Assembly: GCF_044704955.1 (NCBI RefSeq)
Contig: NC_091982.1
Location: 201,190,001 to 201,254,000 of the forward strand
Origin: Pristiophorus japonicus
Lineage: Eukaryota
Length of the DNA: 64,000 nucleotides
Direction: 5' to 3'
Shown here: positions 52,001-64,000 of the stretch, piece after piece
Numbering within the stretch: position 1 is the first letter of the stretch
Layout: the number at the start of each line of letters is the position of its first letter
The notes under the pieces: generated by a model
What the model saw: only the letters and a program-made list of their open reading frames with translations
Told to the model about the DNA's origin: nothing
Databases searched by the model: none
Translations under genes and position numbers: made by a program

Positions 52001-53960
52001 GGAATTCTTTGAGGATATAACGAGCATGATGGATAGAGGTGTACCGATGGATGTGGTGTATTTAAGGCATTCGATAAGGTGCCACGCAAAAGGTTACTGC
52101 AGAAGATAAAGGTACGCGGAGTCAGAGGAAATGTATTAGCATGGATCGAGAATTGGCTGGCTAACAGAAAGCAGAGAATCGGGATAAATGGGTCCTTTTC
52201 GGGTTGGAAATCGGTGGTTAGTGGTGTGCCACAGGGATCGGTGCTGGGACCACAACTGTTTACAATATACATAGATGACCTGGAAGAGGGGACAGAGTGT
52301 AGTGTAACAAAATTTGCAGATGACACAAAGATTAGTAGGAAAGCGGGTTGTGTAGAGGACAGAGAGGCTGCAAAGAGATTTAGATAGGTTAAGCGAATGG
52401 GCTAAGGTTTGGCAGATGGAATACAATGTCGGAAAATGTGAGGTCATCCACTTTGGGGGAAGAAAAACAGTAAAAGGGAATATTATTTGAATGGGGAGAA
52501 ATTACAACATGCTGCGGTGCAAAGGGACCTGGCGGTCCTTGTGCATGAATCCCAAAAAGTTAGTTTGCAGGTGCAGCAGGTAATCAGGAAGGCGAATGGA
52601 ATATTGGCCTTCATTGCGAGAGGGATGGAGTACAAAAGCAGGGAGGTCCTGCTGCAACTGTATAAGGTATTGGTGAGGCCGCACCTGGAGTACTGTGTGC
52701 AGTTTTGGTCACCTTACTTAAGGAAGGATATACTAGCTTTGGAGGGGGTACAGAGACGACTCACTAGGTTGATTCCGGAGATGAGGGGGTTACCTTATGA
52801 TAGATTGAGTAGACTGGGTCTTTACTCGTTGGAGTTCAGAAGGATGAGGGGTGATCTTATAGAAACATTTAAAATAATGAAAGGGATAGACAAGATAGAG
52901 GCAGAGAGTTTGTTTCCACTGGTTGGGGAGAGTAGAACTAGGGGGCACAGCCTCAAAATACGTGGGAGCCAATTTAAAACCAAGTTGAGAAGGAATTTCT
53001 TCTCCCAGAGGGTTGTGAATCTGTGGAATTCTCTACCCAAGGAAGCAGTTGAGGCTAGCTCATTGAATGTATTCAAATCACAGATAGATTTTTAACCATT
53101 AAGGGTTACGGGGAGCGGGCGGGTAAGTGGAGCTGAGTCCATGGCCAGATTAGCCATGATCTTGTTGAATAGCGGAGCAGGCTCGAGGGGCTAGATGGCC
53201 TACTACTGTTCCTAATTCTTATGTTCTTATGCATCCACTATTTCTCGGGCCACTTCCTTAAGTACTCTGGGATGTAGACTATCAAGCCCCGGGGATTTAT
53301 CGGTCTTCAATCCCATCAATTTCCCTAACACAATCTCCTGACTAATAAGGATATCCTTCAGTTCCTCCTTCTCACTAGACCCTTGGTCGCCTAGTACTTC
53401 CGGAAGGTTATTTGTGTCTTCCTTCGTGAAGACAGAACCAAAGTGTTTGTTCAATTGGTGTTCCATTTCTTTTTCCCCCATTATAAATTCACCTGAATCC
53501 GACTGCAAGGGACCTACATTTGTCTTCACATATCTATAGAAGCTTTTGCAATCAGTTTTTATGTTCCCGGCAAGCTTCTCGTAGTCTCTTTTTTCCCCCT
53601 CTTAATTAAACCCTTTGTCCTCCTCTGCTGAATTCTAAATTTCTCCCAGTACTCAGGATTGCTGCCACGATTGAGCCACCTTCCCTGTTCTATTTTTACT
53701 CCAGACAGGGATGTACAATTGCTGAAGTTCATCCATGTGATCTTTAAATGTTTGCCATTGCCTATCCACGGTCAACCCTTTAAGTATCATTTGCAAGTCT
53801 ATTCTAGCCATTTCACGCCTCAAACCATCGAAGTTACCTTTCCTTAAGTTCAGGACCTTAGTTTCGGAATTAACTATGTCACTCTCCATCTTAATAAAGA
53901 ATTCTACCATGTTATGGTTACTCTTCCCCTAGAGGCCTCGCACAACAAGATTGCTAATTA
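49076..53960 (-). mobile_element. CR1 (family A-like) in two pieces, 49076-50533 and 53230-53960
   Basis: RT motifs [21 protein letters not shown] and FADD. GACTGTTGGAAAA|...|ATGCATCCACT continues across the insert. Confidence 0.92.
50534..53231 (+). mobile_element. CR1 family B, 5'-truncated (endonuclease to tail), nested in the family A copy
   Basis: [39 protein letters not shown]; tail TTCTTATGTTCTTATG. Confidence 0.95.
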
Positions 53961-54342
53961 TAGTTTTTGTACAAACTGGCTTGGGTCATTGGGCAGTTTA
54001 TTTCCAGTATAATAATTTTATTTTAACATATGTCTGGTGTAGGCATATATTGTCTTTAGCCAAGATTCATTCTTTTGTGTCAGTGTGTTCCATCATGAAC
54101 CACTTTGCTCAAAAATGTGTATCCAAGCTCCTGCACCCCAACATAAGAAAATACTTCTGCATTCATGCCAACTGTCAATGTTTTAAGCCAATGGCCTTTC
54201 AATTCGTGTCAGCTTGTTGGCCTTTCATTCGAAAAGTCAGCTTTTTTCACTGGGATTGGAGATTGGAGTCGCATTGTTTGGCAGGTTAGACTTGATCAGC
54301 TAGAGGTGGGAATAGAATAGTTCAGAAAGACTACTATAGTTA

Positions 54343-54500
54343 CATAAAAGTTGGAGATGCTCAGCAGGTCAAGCAGCATCTGTGGAGAGAGAAACCGAGT
54401 TAACATTTCAGGTCGATGAGTCAATGATCAGTAATATAACTGTTGATTCAACAGATGCTGCGTGATGTGGTGAGGATTTTTTGTTTTAGTTCATATTTGT
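54343..54500. mobile_element. Penelope-like palindromic remnant
   Basis: Inverted arms GCAGCATCTGT (54373-54383) / ACAGATGCTGC (54451-54461) around GTTAACATTTCAGGTCGATGA. Confidence 0.5.
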
Positions 54501-54889
54501 AGAATAGTTACAGAATGGGACATGAAGCTATCATTTAGAAGTTATTTTCTGGTACTGTCGGTTACCCACCAGCTTATCAGATGAATTGATGGTTTCTGAG
54601 AGTCACTGTTACAGATGTATTTATTGTTTGTCCCCTAAATTTATTACATATAACTTGGTGCTAAAAGCAGCTTAAAAGTAACTTCCTCAAAGGAGCGTTC
54701 TGGGATTTGGCCTTATGTCAATGCTTATTTTCTTCAAGACTGGATTAAGCAGGATGTACTATGATGTGGATGTATTAGCTGTCTTTATTTGAGCTGTATT
54801 CTCCCTGCAATTGCAGAAGTAACAGAACTTGAAAATAAGAGTGTTACTTAATTTAAAATTAAGCCAAGTTTCCCATATTTAGGATCATT

Positions 54890-55787
54890 GGGCTCAATTT
54901 TCCCCAATTATCTGCGCTGTTTTTTTGGAGTAACTTTAAAATCTCCAAGTTTCCTCCAAGTTTCTGCGCCAGCACTTGGGTTTCACTTGGGTACGATTTG
55001 TTTACCTTTTTATTAGAGGCGTAAATTGCCACCCACGCCAATTCTGGCTATTTATGCAAGTTTGGCCAACTACGATTTTTCTTAAGACGGTGTATGTGTC
55101 CGCTTTGAAAAACCTGGCGGTTAACAGAATCAGCGCAGAAGATCCAGTTCCATGGCCAGAACAGCAGCGGCAGAGAGGGAGAGAGAGTGGGTAATTATAA
55201 CCTGCTCGAAAATTTCTCTCTTATTTATGGGTTCTGTGGTACAACTCCATTACTGTAACAATCTCCTTTTTGTCTTTAATCTCTAATGAATCAAATTCAC
55301 TTTAATCTGGGGCTTTTGTTCTCATCTGTCCACCCCTTCGTCCTGGGCTAGGGGCGGCACCTCCGTGGGGGGGGGGGGAGGAGGGAGGCTTTTCGGCCTG
55401 GCACTGCAGGGGGGGGCGAGGTGGGCCTTTCCAATTCAGTTTACAGGATAGGCTTTTGACACAAAGACTCTTTAATATTTTCACGTTGGTAAGCTGCTGC
55501 TTAAATAGCTGCAAGGTACTTGTGCAGGTTGCTGTGAGCTGGCCAGAATGTCTTGTATGTTTCACTTTCCAGCCTCGGCCTGCAGTGTGTCCCACGCTAC
55601 CCTGGCAACCTGATCTTTTTGGTGCACATCTTGGGCTCCACCCACAGAGCTTAAGGACAATGTGTGCCGAGCCACATTCACAAGTCAAAATAGGGAAATT
55701 TTCACTTTTTTTGCTGTAGAGGGGCTCAAAAAAAACAGGCGAAACTCTTCAAATATGCCAAAAAAGTCATTGGAGAAAATTGAGCCC
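54890..55787. mobile_element. Harbinger-type MITE (14831 family, opposite orientation)
   Basis: TIRs GGGCTCAATTTTCCCCAAT / ATTGGAGAAAATTGAGCCC. Confidence 0.82.
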
Positions 55788-56299
55788 TTAATATGAGACA
55801 CTACTGTAATGTAGGCCTGTTAGTATGCAAGTTGTAGTTGCAACTGAAAACACTTTTCAGTTTGCTTATGTATGGTGGAGGTCTCTTTGCTACCATGCAG
55901 TAACTGGGAAAAGAGCCAAGACTGTTCATATTAGTGGCTAATATGAGGAATAATACTAATAACCAAAAAGAGCAGGGTGGAGGCAGTCACTCGGGTGTAT
56001 GTATAAATCATAAAATTTATTACCCATGACTGTTCCTCTAAACATTTTTGTGCGTTTTAGTTTATTTTAAGAGTTTTATTTCTAGTACATAGTGGTTGCA
56101 TTTGTACAATGTTCCTCTGTCTGTTTTAATGAAAAATTTAACCAGTTTTTAAAAATCTATTAAAATAGTTGGTGGAGAAATGTCACACGAATGTGGTAAG
56201 CTTTTAGCTGTTATTATCATCGACAGTAATTCCAAGCCAAGTGTTTTACGAACAACAAATGTTGAAAAAGGTTGATCATCTAAAAGAGGAAAAGAGACT

Positions 56300-56301
<2 letters not shown>

Positions 56302-56331
<30 letters not shown>
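56302..56331. repeat. (CT)n microsatellite
   Basis: About 14-15 perfect units. Confidence 0.95.
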
Positions 56332-56335
<4 letters not shown>

Positions 56336-58001
56336 CTCAGTTCTTGGCCACCCCACAGGAAACAAGCCACCATCTTGCCAAATTCACTTTCCCAATTCAT
56401 CCAGGAGGAAGTGCAATCTTTGAACTCCACAATCTCAACTAAATAGATTCCAATGGGAATACTGTTGGAACCAATCAAAACCAAGAAAGTCCAAACGACT
56501 TGACAGCCACCCAACTGAGTTTTCATGGCTCAAATTGACACCTCTCCTGAAACTCTTAGGGTGCTCATCTCTTCAATATCACTTTCAGATTCTCTCAATT
56601 ACACGAGTGCAAAAAGACAAAGGCCACACCACCTTATCCTATAGACTCATAACCCTGTTTAACACATGCTGAAAAACATTAACCAAGATTTCAGGCTATC
56701 AGACTGACTGCAGCTGTCCATGGTTCAGTTCGTGCTGAGCGAAAGGCCTTTATATCTGGCCACGTTGTACAAGTTTGAAACAGCACCAGTGTTCCAACCC
56801 GAATACATGGGCACTGAATGGAATTTCCTTCTTGCTTTATTCACATGAATTAAAATCTTTTAAATTAAATTTTCACACCCTTCGTGTTCATTAATTGCCC
56901 TGACTTCCTCTTGCTCTGAGGGTCCAGAAAAGAAGGCCCATTACCCCATCTCTTTCCTTTACCCTAATATCAAACATAAGAAAAAGTTTTCATCCATGGA
57001 GAAAGTGAGGAAGCTAATATCAAAACTGTTCGCTGATTGAATTTTACTTGTAAATGACCCATCTGATTCAATTGCCAAATAGATTCCAAAGTAACAAAGA
57101 ACTCAGCCAAATTTTAGGATACAAGCTTAACTATTCCAAAGTGATTCCCTCGTGCAGAATAAGCCCATAGGTATTTGTCAATCCTACTGCTATAGTGGTG
57201 GTCATCGTCTGGTTTGAAATACTTCGATACTAGTAACTCATTGACCTGAAGAATGGAAACTCTTTCCCTTGCCATCACCCTACCTCGGCAGCATACACCT
57301 GCCTGGATGGATGAAACACCTTCCTTATCACTCCTCGGAAAGACTAGCACAACAAAAATGCATTTACCCGCCTGCATTCTCTACCTGTCTTGGATTCTTC
57401 TATCCCTAGTCCAGCAATTCTAAGACTTCAGCAGATCCAGGTTCATATGAACACAGTTGCATGTGATCTGGACATACTCTCTCATTCAAGTCATAGAAAG
57501 TTTGCTAGGCCTCTCAATCTCTGCAAATCCAGACTTGTGCCTGCTGGGCATACCCACTGGTGGGTGAACCTCTTGCAACACACAGCTAGAGTAACTAATT
57601 GTAAGCGGTAAGAAGATGCATTCCTGCATTGTGGTGAAAGTCCCTACAACAACAAATATGAGAATAATATGTGACCAATGTATGCCAGTTAGAATGGGTA
57701 TTGTTTGGAATCTGCTTGCAAATCACAAGTACCAGGTTTTCTGATGACCTTTCCCAAGACCAATGTGGGGTCACAAGGCCAATGAGCGTATGTAATCTCT
57801 TGTAAGTTAATGTGGCAAAACTACAGTAATTTCACAAAATATTTATGTATTCTTAAGCAAAGTCGTCGTAAAATTTAGAAAAATGCAATTTGAAGACCAA
57901 AACCACGATTAGTCAAAATCACAAATGCATATTATAAAGGTAACATGTTGTCTGATTTTCTGTTAGAAGCCCTCTGCTGATGAACATTGCAGTCTTGAAG
58001 A

Positions 58002-58166
58002 ATGTCGTCTCCATTGCTAGTCGAGTATAAAAACACAGAAAATGAGCTGGAGTCCAGATCACTTGATTCAAATTCTGATCAAATGGAAACAGCAAAAAAG
58101 GTTCTGGAGCAGGTAGAAAACCGACTCAGCGTCAAAGATATAATGAAAATCCAGAAGGTTTTCATG
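58002..58166 (+). CDS. WDR49: Probable first coding exon of WDR49/CFAP337 (exon 57967-58166)
   Basis: Acceptor TTTTCTGTTAG| at 57966, in-frame upstream stop, MSSPLLVEYKNTENELESRSLDSNSDQMETAKKVLEQVENRLSVKDIMKIQKVFM|GTAGGT. ENRLSV.D..KIQK.F recalls the WDR49 N-terminus, and WDR49 follows PDCD10 in the same orientation in mammals. Confidence 0.65.
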
Positions 58167-58399
58167 GTAGGTTTTCAGTTATGCATACATGTTGGCATTT
58201 GAGGTTAATATTCCACCTTATTAACAATAGGAATGTTTAATAGTTATATACATGCCAAAAATAGCTTGCTAATGCTACATGAAAACTTGCTCATTTATGT
58301 ATCATATATGTTTGGATTAGATTGATAGGATCATGGCCAAGACAACAACTCTGTAATCTCTTACTCAGCTCATGATCAGAAAGAACACTATGATTGCAA

Positions 58400-58880
58400 A
58401 GCGTTTGGTTCAGCCTGAAACATTGGCTGGAGAAGGGCATGGAATCAGTGGCAAGGGTACGAAGTTTTTGATGAGGGCTTGAGGAAGTTAAGATTTATCC
58501 AGGACTGGACGTCAAGGAAGTCTTCTGACAGCACAGAGGTGGTTAATTAAGGGTGCGGTGGGGGGGTAGAGTTGGGTAGCATCAGTGTACATCTGAAAAC
58601 TATCTGAAGCTATCACAGCAGGGCAAATACAGTTGAAAAAGAAGAGGAAGCCAAGGACATATCCTTGAGACCAGCCCCTTGGACAGGACAATAAAGGAGA
58701 GATTGGAGGTGGAGATCGGCGTAGTTGATTGCACTGAGTGCTGTGAAGGGGTGGAGGATGGATAACTTGCCATCGTCACAGAGGATGTCATTCAAAACTT
58801 TGGTTTAGGATATTAATGCTGTAAGAAGGTTAAAAGCCAGACTGGAGGGATTTGAACAGGGAGTTCTAGGATAGGCAATA
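58400..58880 (-). mobile_element. Degenerate L2 RT fragment
   Basis: NDILCDDGKLSIL...LSA....; similar to other L2 pieces in the window. Confidence 0.55.
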
Positions 58881-59169
58881 ATTCCCTAAATTCATATTAT
58901 GGGTTGGCAAACTCCTGCAAGCAAGATTTAGAACCAAGCATATTTAAAATCCTTTATCGAGATTGGACAATTAAACAGTGAGTATTTGCAACTGTTTTTT
59001 TCTGCCTCTCCGTCCTCTGGACTCCGCCCCCGCCCCCCAAACCGGAAATGGGACTCGCAACGGCCACATTGTTCCGACTGCGTTTTCTATTCCTGGAGCT
59101 GGATTTGCTTCCAGCTTTTGCATTATTTGGCACATTTTCGCGGCCTTCTGTGGGAGCGAAAACATCGGA

Positions 59170-62053
59170 GGTAGAGAGAGAGAGAGAGGGGTGGGGAAGA
59201 GAGAGAGAGAGAGAGAGAGAGGGGTGGNNNNNNNNNNNNNNNNNNNNNNNNNNNNNNNNNNNNNNNNNNNNNNNNNNNNNNNNNNNNNNNNNNNNNNNNN
59301 NNNNNNNNNNNNNNNNNNNNNNNNNNNNNNNNNNNNNNNNNNNNNNNNNNNNNNNNNNNNNNNNNNNNNNNNNNNNNNNNNNNNNNNNNNNNNNNNNNNN
59401 NNNNNNNNNAAGAGAGAGNNNNNNNNNNNNNNNNNNNNNNNNNNNNNNNNNNNNNNNNNNNNNNNNNNNNNNNNNNNNNNNNNNNNNNNNNNNNNNNNNN
59501 NNNNNNNNNNNNNNNNNNNNNNNNNNNNNNNNNNNNNNNNNNNNNNNNNNNNNNNNNNNNNNNNNNNNNNNNNNNNNNNNNNNNNNNNNNNNNNNNNNNN
59601 NNNNNNNNNNNNNNNNNNNNNNNNNNNNNNNNNNNNNNNNNNNNNNNNNNNNNNNNNNNNNNNNNNNNNNNNNNNNNNNNNNNNNNNNNNNNNNNNNNNN
59701 NNNNNNNNNNNNNNNNNNNNNNNNNNNNNNNNNNNNNNNNNNNNNNNNNNNNNNNNNNNNNNNNNNNNNNNNNNNNNNNNNNNNNNNNNNNNNNNNNNNN
59801 NNNNNNNNNNNNNNGGAGAAGAGAGAGAGAGAGGGGTGGAGAAGAGAGAGAGAGAGGGGTGGAGAAGAGAGAGAGAGAGGGGTGGAGAAGAGAGAGAGAG
59901 GGGTGGAGAAGAGAGAGAGNNNNNNNNNNNNNNNNNNNNNNNNNNNNNNNNNNNNNNNNNNNNNNNNNNNNNNNNNNNNNNNNNNNNNNNNNNNNNNNNN
60001 NNNNNNNNNNNNNNNNNNNNNNNNNNNNNNNNNNNNNNNNNNNNNNNNNNNNNNNNNNNNNNNNNNNNNNNNNNNNNNNNNNNNNNNNNNNNNNNNNNNN
60101 NNNNNNNNNNNNNNNNNNNNNNNNNNNNNNNNNNNNNNNNNNNNNNNNNNNNNNNNNNNNNNNNNNNNNNNNNNNNNNNNNNNNNNNNNNNNNNNNNNNN
60201 NNNNNNNNNNNNNNNNNNNNNNNNNNNNNNNNNNNNNNNNNNNNNNNNNNNNNNNNNNNNNNNNNNNNNNNNNNNNNNNNNNNNNNNNNNNNNNNNNNNN
60301 NNNNNNNNNNNNNNNNNNNNNNNNNNNNNNNNNNNNNNNNNNNNNNNNNNNNNNNNNNNNNNNNNNNNNNNNNNNNNNNNNNNNNNNNNNNNNNNNNNNN
60401 NNNNNNNNNNNNNNNNNNNNNNNNNNNNNNNNNNNNNNNNNNNNNNNNNNNNNNNNNNNNNNNNNNNNNNNNNNNNNNNNNNNNNNNNNNNNNNNNNNNN
60501 NNNNNNNNNNNNNNNNNNNNNNNNNNNNNNNNNNNNNNNNNNNNNNNNNNNNNNNNNNNNNNNNNGAGGGAGGGGAAGAGAGAGAGGGGGTGGGGTGGGA
60601 AGGAGAGAGAGGGGGGGGAAGAGAGAGAGAGAGGGGTGGGTAAGAGGAGAGAGGGGGGTGGGGAGAGGAGAGAGGGGTGGGAAGAGAGAGAGGAGAGGGG
60701 TGGGAAGAAGGAGAGAGAGGGGTGGGGAGAGAGAGAGAGGGGTGGGAGGAGAGAGAGGGATGGGAGAGAGAGAGTCTCTCTGTGGATGGGGAGAGAGAGA
60801 GAGAGGGGTGGGAGGAGAGAGGGGAGGGGTGGGGGAGAGAGAGAGAGGGGTGGGGAAGAGAGAGGAGAGAGAGGGGTGGGGAAGAGAGAGAGAGAGAGGG
60901 GTGGGGAAAGAAAGAGAGAGAGATGGGGAGGGACGGGAAGAGAGAGAGAGAGAGACAATGGGGGGGCGGGGAGGGAGGGGAAGAGAGAGACACACACACT
61001 GGGAGGGAGGAGAAGAGAGAGAGACATGGGGGGCAGGGAGGGGAGGAGAGAGAGACGGACATGGTGGGGGAAGGAGGGGGTAGAGGGAGAGAGAGGCAGA
61101 CATGGGGAGGGAGGGGGAGAGAGAGACAGACAGACATGGGGAGGGAGGGGAAGAGGGGGAGAGAGAGACAGACATGAGGGAGGGGAAGAGAGAGAGCGAG
61201 ACAGACAAGGGGAGGGAGGGGAAAAGAGGAGAGAGAGANNNNNNNNNNNNNNNNNNNNNNNNNNNNNNNNNNNNNNNNNNNNNNNNNNNNNNNNNNNNNN
61301 NNNNNNNNNNNNNNNNNNNNNNNNNNNNNNNNNNNNNNNNNNNNNNNNNNNNNNNNNNNNNNNNNNNNNNNNNNNNNNNNNNNNNNNNNNNNNNNNNNNN
61401 NNNNNNNNNNNNNNNNNNNNNNAGGGGACGAGGGGGAGAGATAGAGAGAGACACAGACATGGGGAGCAATGGGTAGGGGAAGAGAGAGAGTGAGAGACAG
61501 TATTGGGGAGAGGGGAAGAGAGAGAGACAGACATGGGGAGGGAGAGGGGAAGGGAGAGNNNNNNNNNNNNNNNNNNNNNNNNNNNNNNNNNNNNNNNNNN
61601 NNNNNNNNNNNNNNNNNNNNNNNNNNNNNNNNNNNNNNNNNNNNNNNNNNNNNNNNNNNNNNNNNNNNNNNNNNNNNNNNNNNNNNNNNNNNNNNNNNNN
61701 NNNNNNNNNNNNNNNNNNNNNNNNNNNNNNNNNNNNNNNNNNNNNNNNNNNNNNNNNNNNNNNNNNNNNNNNNNNNNNNNNNNNNNNNNNNNNNNNNGGA
61801 AGAGAGAGACAGACATGGGGAGGGAGAGGGGAAGAGAGAGAGACAGACATGGGGAGGGAGGGGCGAGAGAAAGAGAGATATGGGGAGGGAGGGGAGAGAG
61901 AAAGAGAGAAACAGACATGGGAAGGAAGGGGATGAGGTGGAGCGAGAGACATGGGGACAGGGAGGGGAAGAGAGAGAGACATGGGGAGGGAGGGGAAGAG
62001 GGGGAGAGAGAGTTAGTGAGAGACAGACATGTGGAGAGAGGGGAAGGGAGGAG
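59170..62053. repeat. Purine-rich GA minisatellite array with N gaps (59228-59409, 59419-59814, 59920-60565, 61239-61422, 61559-61797)
   Basis: Units (GA)nGGGGTGG grading into GAGACAGACATGGGGAGGGAGGGGAA. Confidence 0.95.
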
Positions 62054-62058
62054 TGATA

Positions 62059-62300
62059 TGTCCTTCCTATACAGTATAAATGCACACGAGGCCATACTTG
62101 GGAGAAGGTCACTCTGTGACCAGTTACCTTTATTACTAAGACCTCAAGAGACAGACGGAAGGTGGAGCTTCCCTTTTTATACCGGAAAGTCCAGGTTAGG
62201 AGTGTCTCCCACAAGTTCACCAACTTGTGGTCAGTGTTCTCAAGGTGTACAACTTCGGTCAGCTTATACATGGGTTGCAATCACAGTTGAATACCTGACA
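62059..62300 (-). mobile_element. 3' LTR of a Gypsy element (about 242 bp)
   Basis: TGTC...GACA ends; polypurine tract (- strand GGGGGGGGAAGG) at 62304-62315; - strand TATAAA at 62176-62181 and AATAAA at 62129-62134. Confidence 0.8.
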
Positions 62301-62330
62301 TCACCTTCCCCCCCCAAAGTCTTATTGCGA

Positions 62331-64000
62331 TCACAGGTTAAGTCTCTCTGGTGGTTTACGCTCCCTTGTAGAGCGCCTGAGTTGGGGCTCTGGTTGTTGG
62401 GCGCTGGCCTGAGTATCTGCTGTTTGTGGTGCCTCAGGCCTGTCCGGACTGCCCACAGTGTCTGGGCTCTCCTCCACTTGGTTCCGGTGTTCGGTCACCT
62501 GTGGTGGAGTAAACTCTACGTCGTGTTCTTCCTCTGCTTCTTCTATGGGGTTGCTGAACCTCCTTTTAGTTTGATCCACGTGTTTGCGGCAGATTTGTCC
62601 ATTGGTAAGTTTACCGACCAAAACCCTATTCCCCGCTTTGGCAATCACAGTGCCTGCAAGCCATTTGGGCCCTGCAGCGTAATTAAGGACAAAAACAGGG
62701 TCATTGACATTGACCCCCTCGCATTCCTGTCATGGTAGTCACATTATGACTGACGCCTGCTCGCAACAATTTCTTTCATAGTAGGGTGCATAAGGGATAA
62801 CCTGGTTTTGAGCGTCCTTTTCATTAACAGCTCTGCGGGTGGAACCCCTGTGAGCGAGTGTGATCGGGATCTATTGGCCAACAGGAGCACCTTTGTAGGG
62901 AACCCCCTTGGATTCTGAGCATCCCCTGTTTGATTATCTGCACTGCTCGTTCCGCCTGGCCGTTTGAGGCCGGCTTGAACGGTGCCGTTCTGACATGGTT
63001 GATTCCATTGCCTGCCATGAAGTCCTGGAATTCAGTGCTTGTGAAGCACGGACCATTGTCGCTGACCAAGACATCTGGTAGACCATGGGCGGCGAACATT
63101 GCCCGTAGACTTTCTACCGTGGCAGAGGATGTGCTTGAATTTAAAATGGCACACTCAATCCATTTGGAGTAGGGGTTTACTACAACCAAAAACATTTTTC
63201 CTATGAAAGGACCTGTGTAATCCACAAGGATACGTGACCATGGCTTGGCGGGCCAGGACCAGGGGCTAAGGGGGGCTTCCCTGGGTGCATTGCCCAGCTG
63301 AGCACATGTGTTGCACCTGCGAACACAAAGTTCCAGGTCTGCATTTGTCCCTGGCCACCAAACGTGTGACCTGACAATTGCCGCCTTCATGACAATGCCC
63401 GGGTGCTCATTGTGAAGTTCTCTGATGAACACCTCTCTGCCCTTCTGGGGCATGACTACTCGGTTTCCCCACAGTAGGCAATCGGCCTGAATCGAGAGTT
63501 CATCCTTGCGCCTATGAAACGGTTTAAACTCCTCGGGGCATGCCCCGTACGTGGCTGCCCAGTCCCCATTCAGGACACATTTCTTGACTAGAGACAATAG
63601 CGGATCTTTATTTGTCCAGACTTTAATCTGACGGGCTGTCACAGGTGAGTCTTCGCTTTCGAAAACTTCAACAACCATGACCATCTCAGCATCATGCTCA
63701 GCTGCCCCCTCAGTGGTGGCTAGTGGGAGCCTGCTGAGTGCATCGGCACAGTTTTCAGTACCCGGTCTGTGCCGAATTGTATAGTCACAGGCGGCTAATG
63801 TAAGTGCCCACCTCTGTATGCGGGCCGACGCATTCGCATTTATGGCCTTGTTGTCGGTCAAAAGGGACATTAGGGATTTGTGATCTGTTTCCAGCTCAAA
63901 TTTCCTGCCAAACAGGTACTGGTGCATTTTTTTTACTGCATATACACATGCTAGCGCATCCTTTTCTACCATACCATAGCCCCTTTCTGCCTGGGACAGA
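62331..64000 (-). mobile_element. Ty3/Gypsy pol (RNase H plus integrase), frameshifted near the C-terminus; continues beyond the window
   Basis: EKDALACVYAVKKMHQYLFGRKFELETDHK, ADALSRLP, HxxHPG...CxxC, VDY, VSDNGPCF, ASNGQAERAVQ; terminal LRRSTRERKPPERLNL*. Confidence 0.95.

Noticed and set aside
52487-53095. 202-aa ORF as an active or domesticated RT gene
   Set aside because: Only the C-terminal part of a 5'-truncated CR1 ORF2 with upstream stops and frameshifts.
58954-62738. ORFs up to 1108 aa
   Set aside because: Artefacts of N gaps and stop-free GA repeats.

Overview
Vertebrate nuclear genomic DNA, probably from a cartilaginous fish (inferred from the repeat content: CR1/HER1-type LINEs with GDSL-esterase ORF1, a SacSINE1-like DeuSINE, RTE, L2 and Harbinger MITEs). 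The window spans PDCD10/CCM3 on the + strand. It has a CpG-rich promoter and noncoding first exon near 1.6-1.7 kb, and five coding exons at 22615-22704, 23451-23504, 35942-36059, 45672-45754 and 46303-46384. Two expected internal coding exons were not found and probably lie in the 200-N gap at 41351-41550. The promoter looks bidirectional, with a likely SERPINI1 first exon on the - strand (by synteny). Downstream is a second CpG-rich promoter with an RFX X-box, followed by a probable first coding exon of WDR49/CFAP337 (58002-58166). Introns are dominated by nested transposons: several CR1 copies (one nearly full length), a 3.2-kb PIF/Harbinger derivative with an intron-containing Myb/SANT gene, about 9 Harbinger-type MITEs with variable centres, two TA-target Tc1/mariner MITEs, RTE and L2 fragments, and the 3' end of a Gypsy LTR element. 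No rRNA, tRNA or CRISPR was seen. No clearly new biological system could be established. The best candidate for novelty is the MITE family, which has conserved arms, different GC-rich cargo in each copy, and a splice donor at a fixed position. All calls were made by eye, without database searches.
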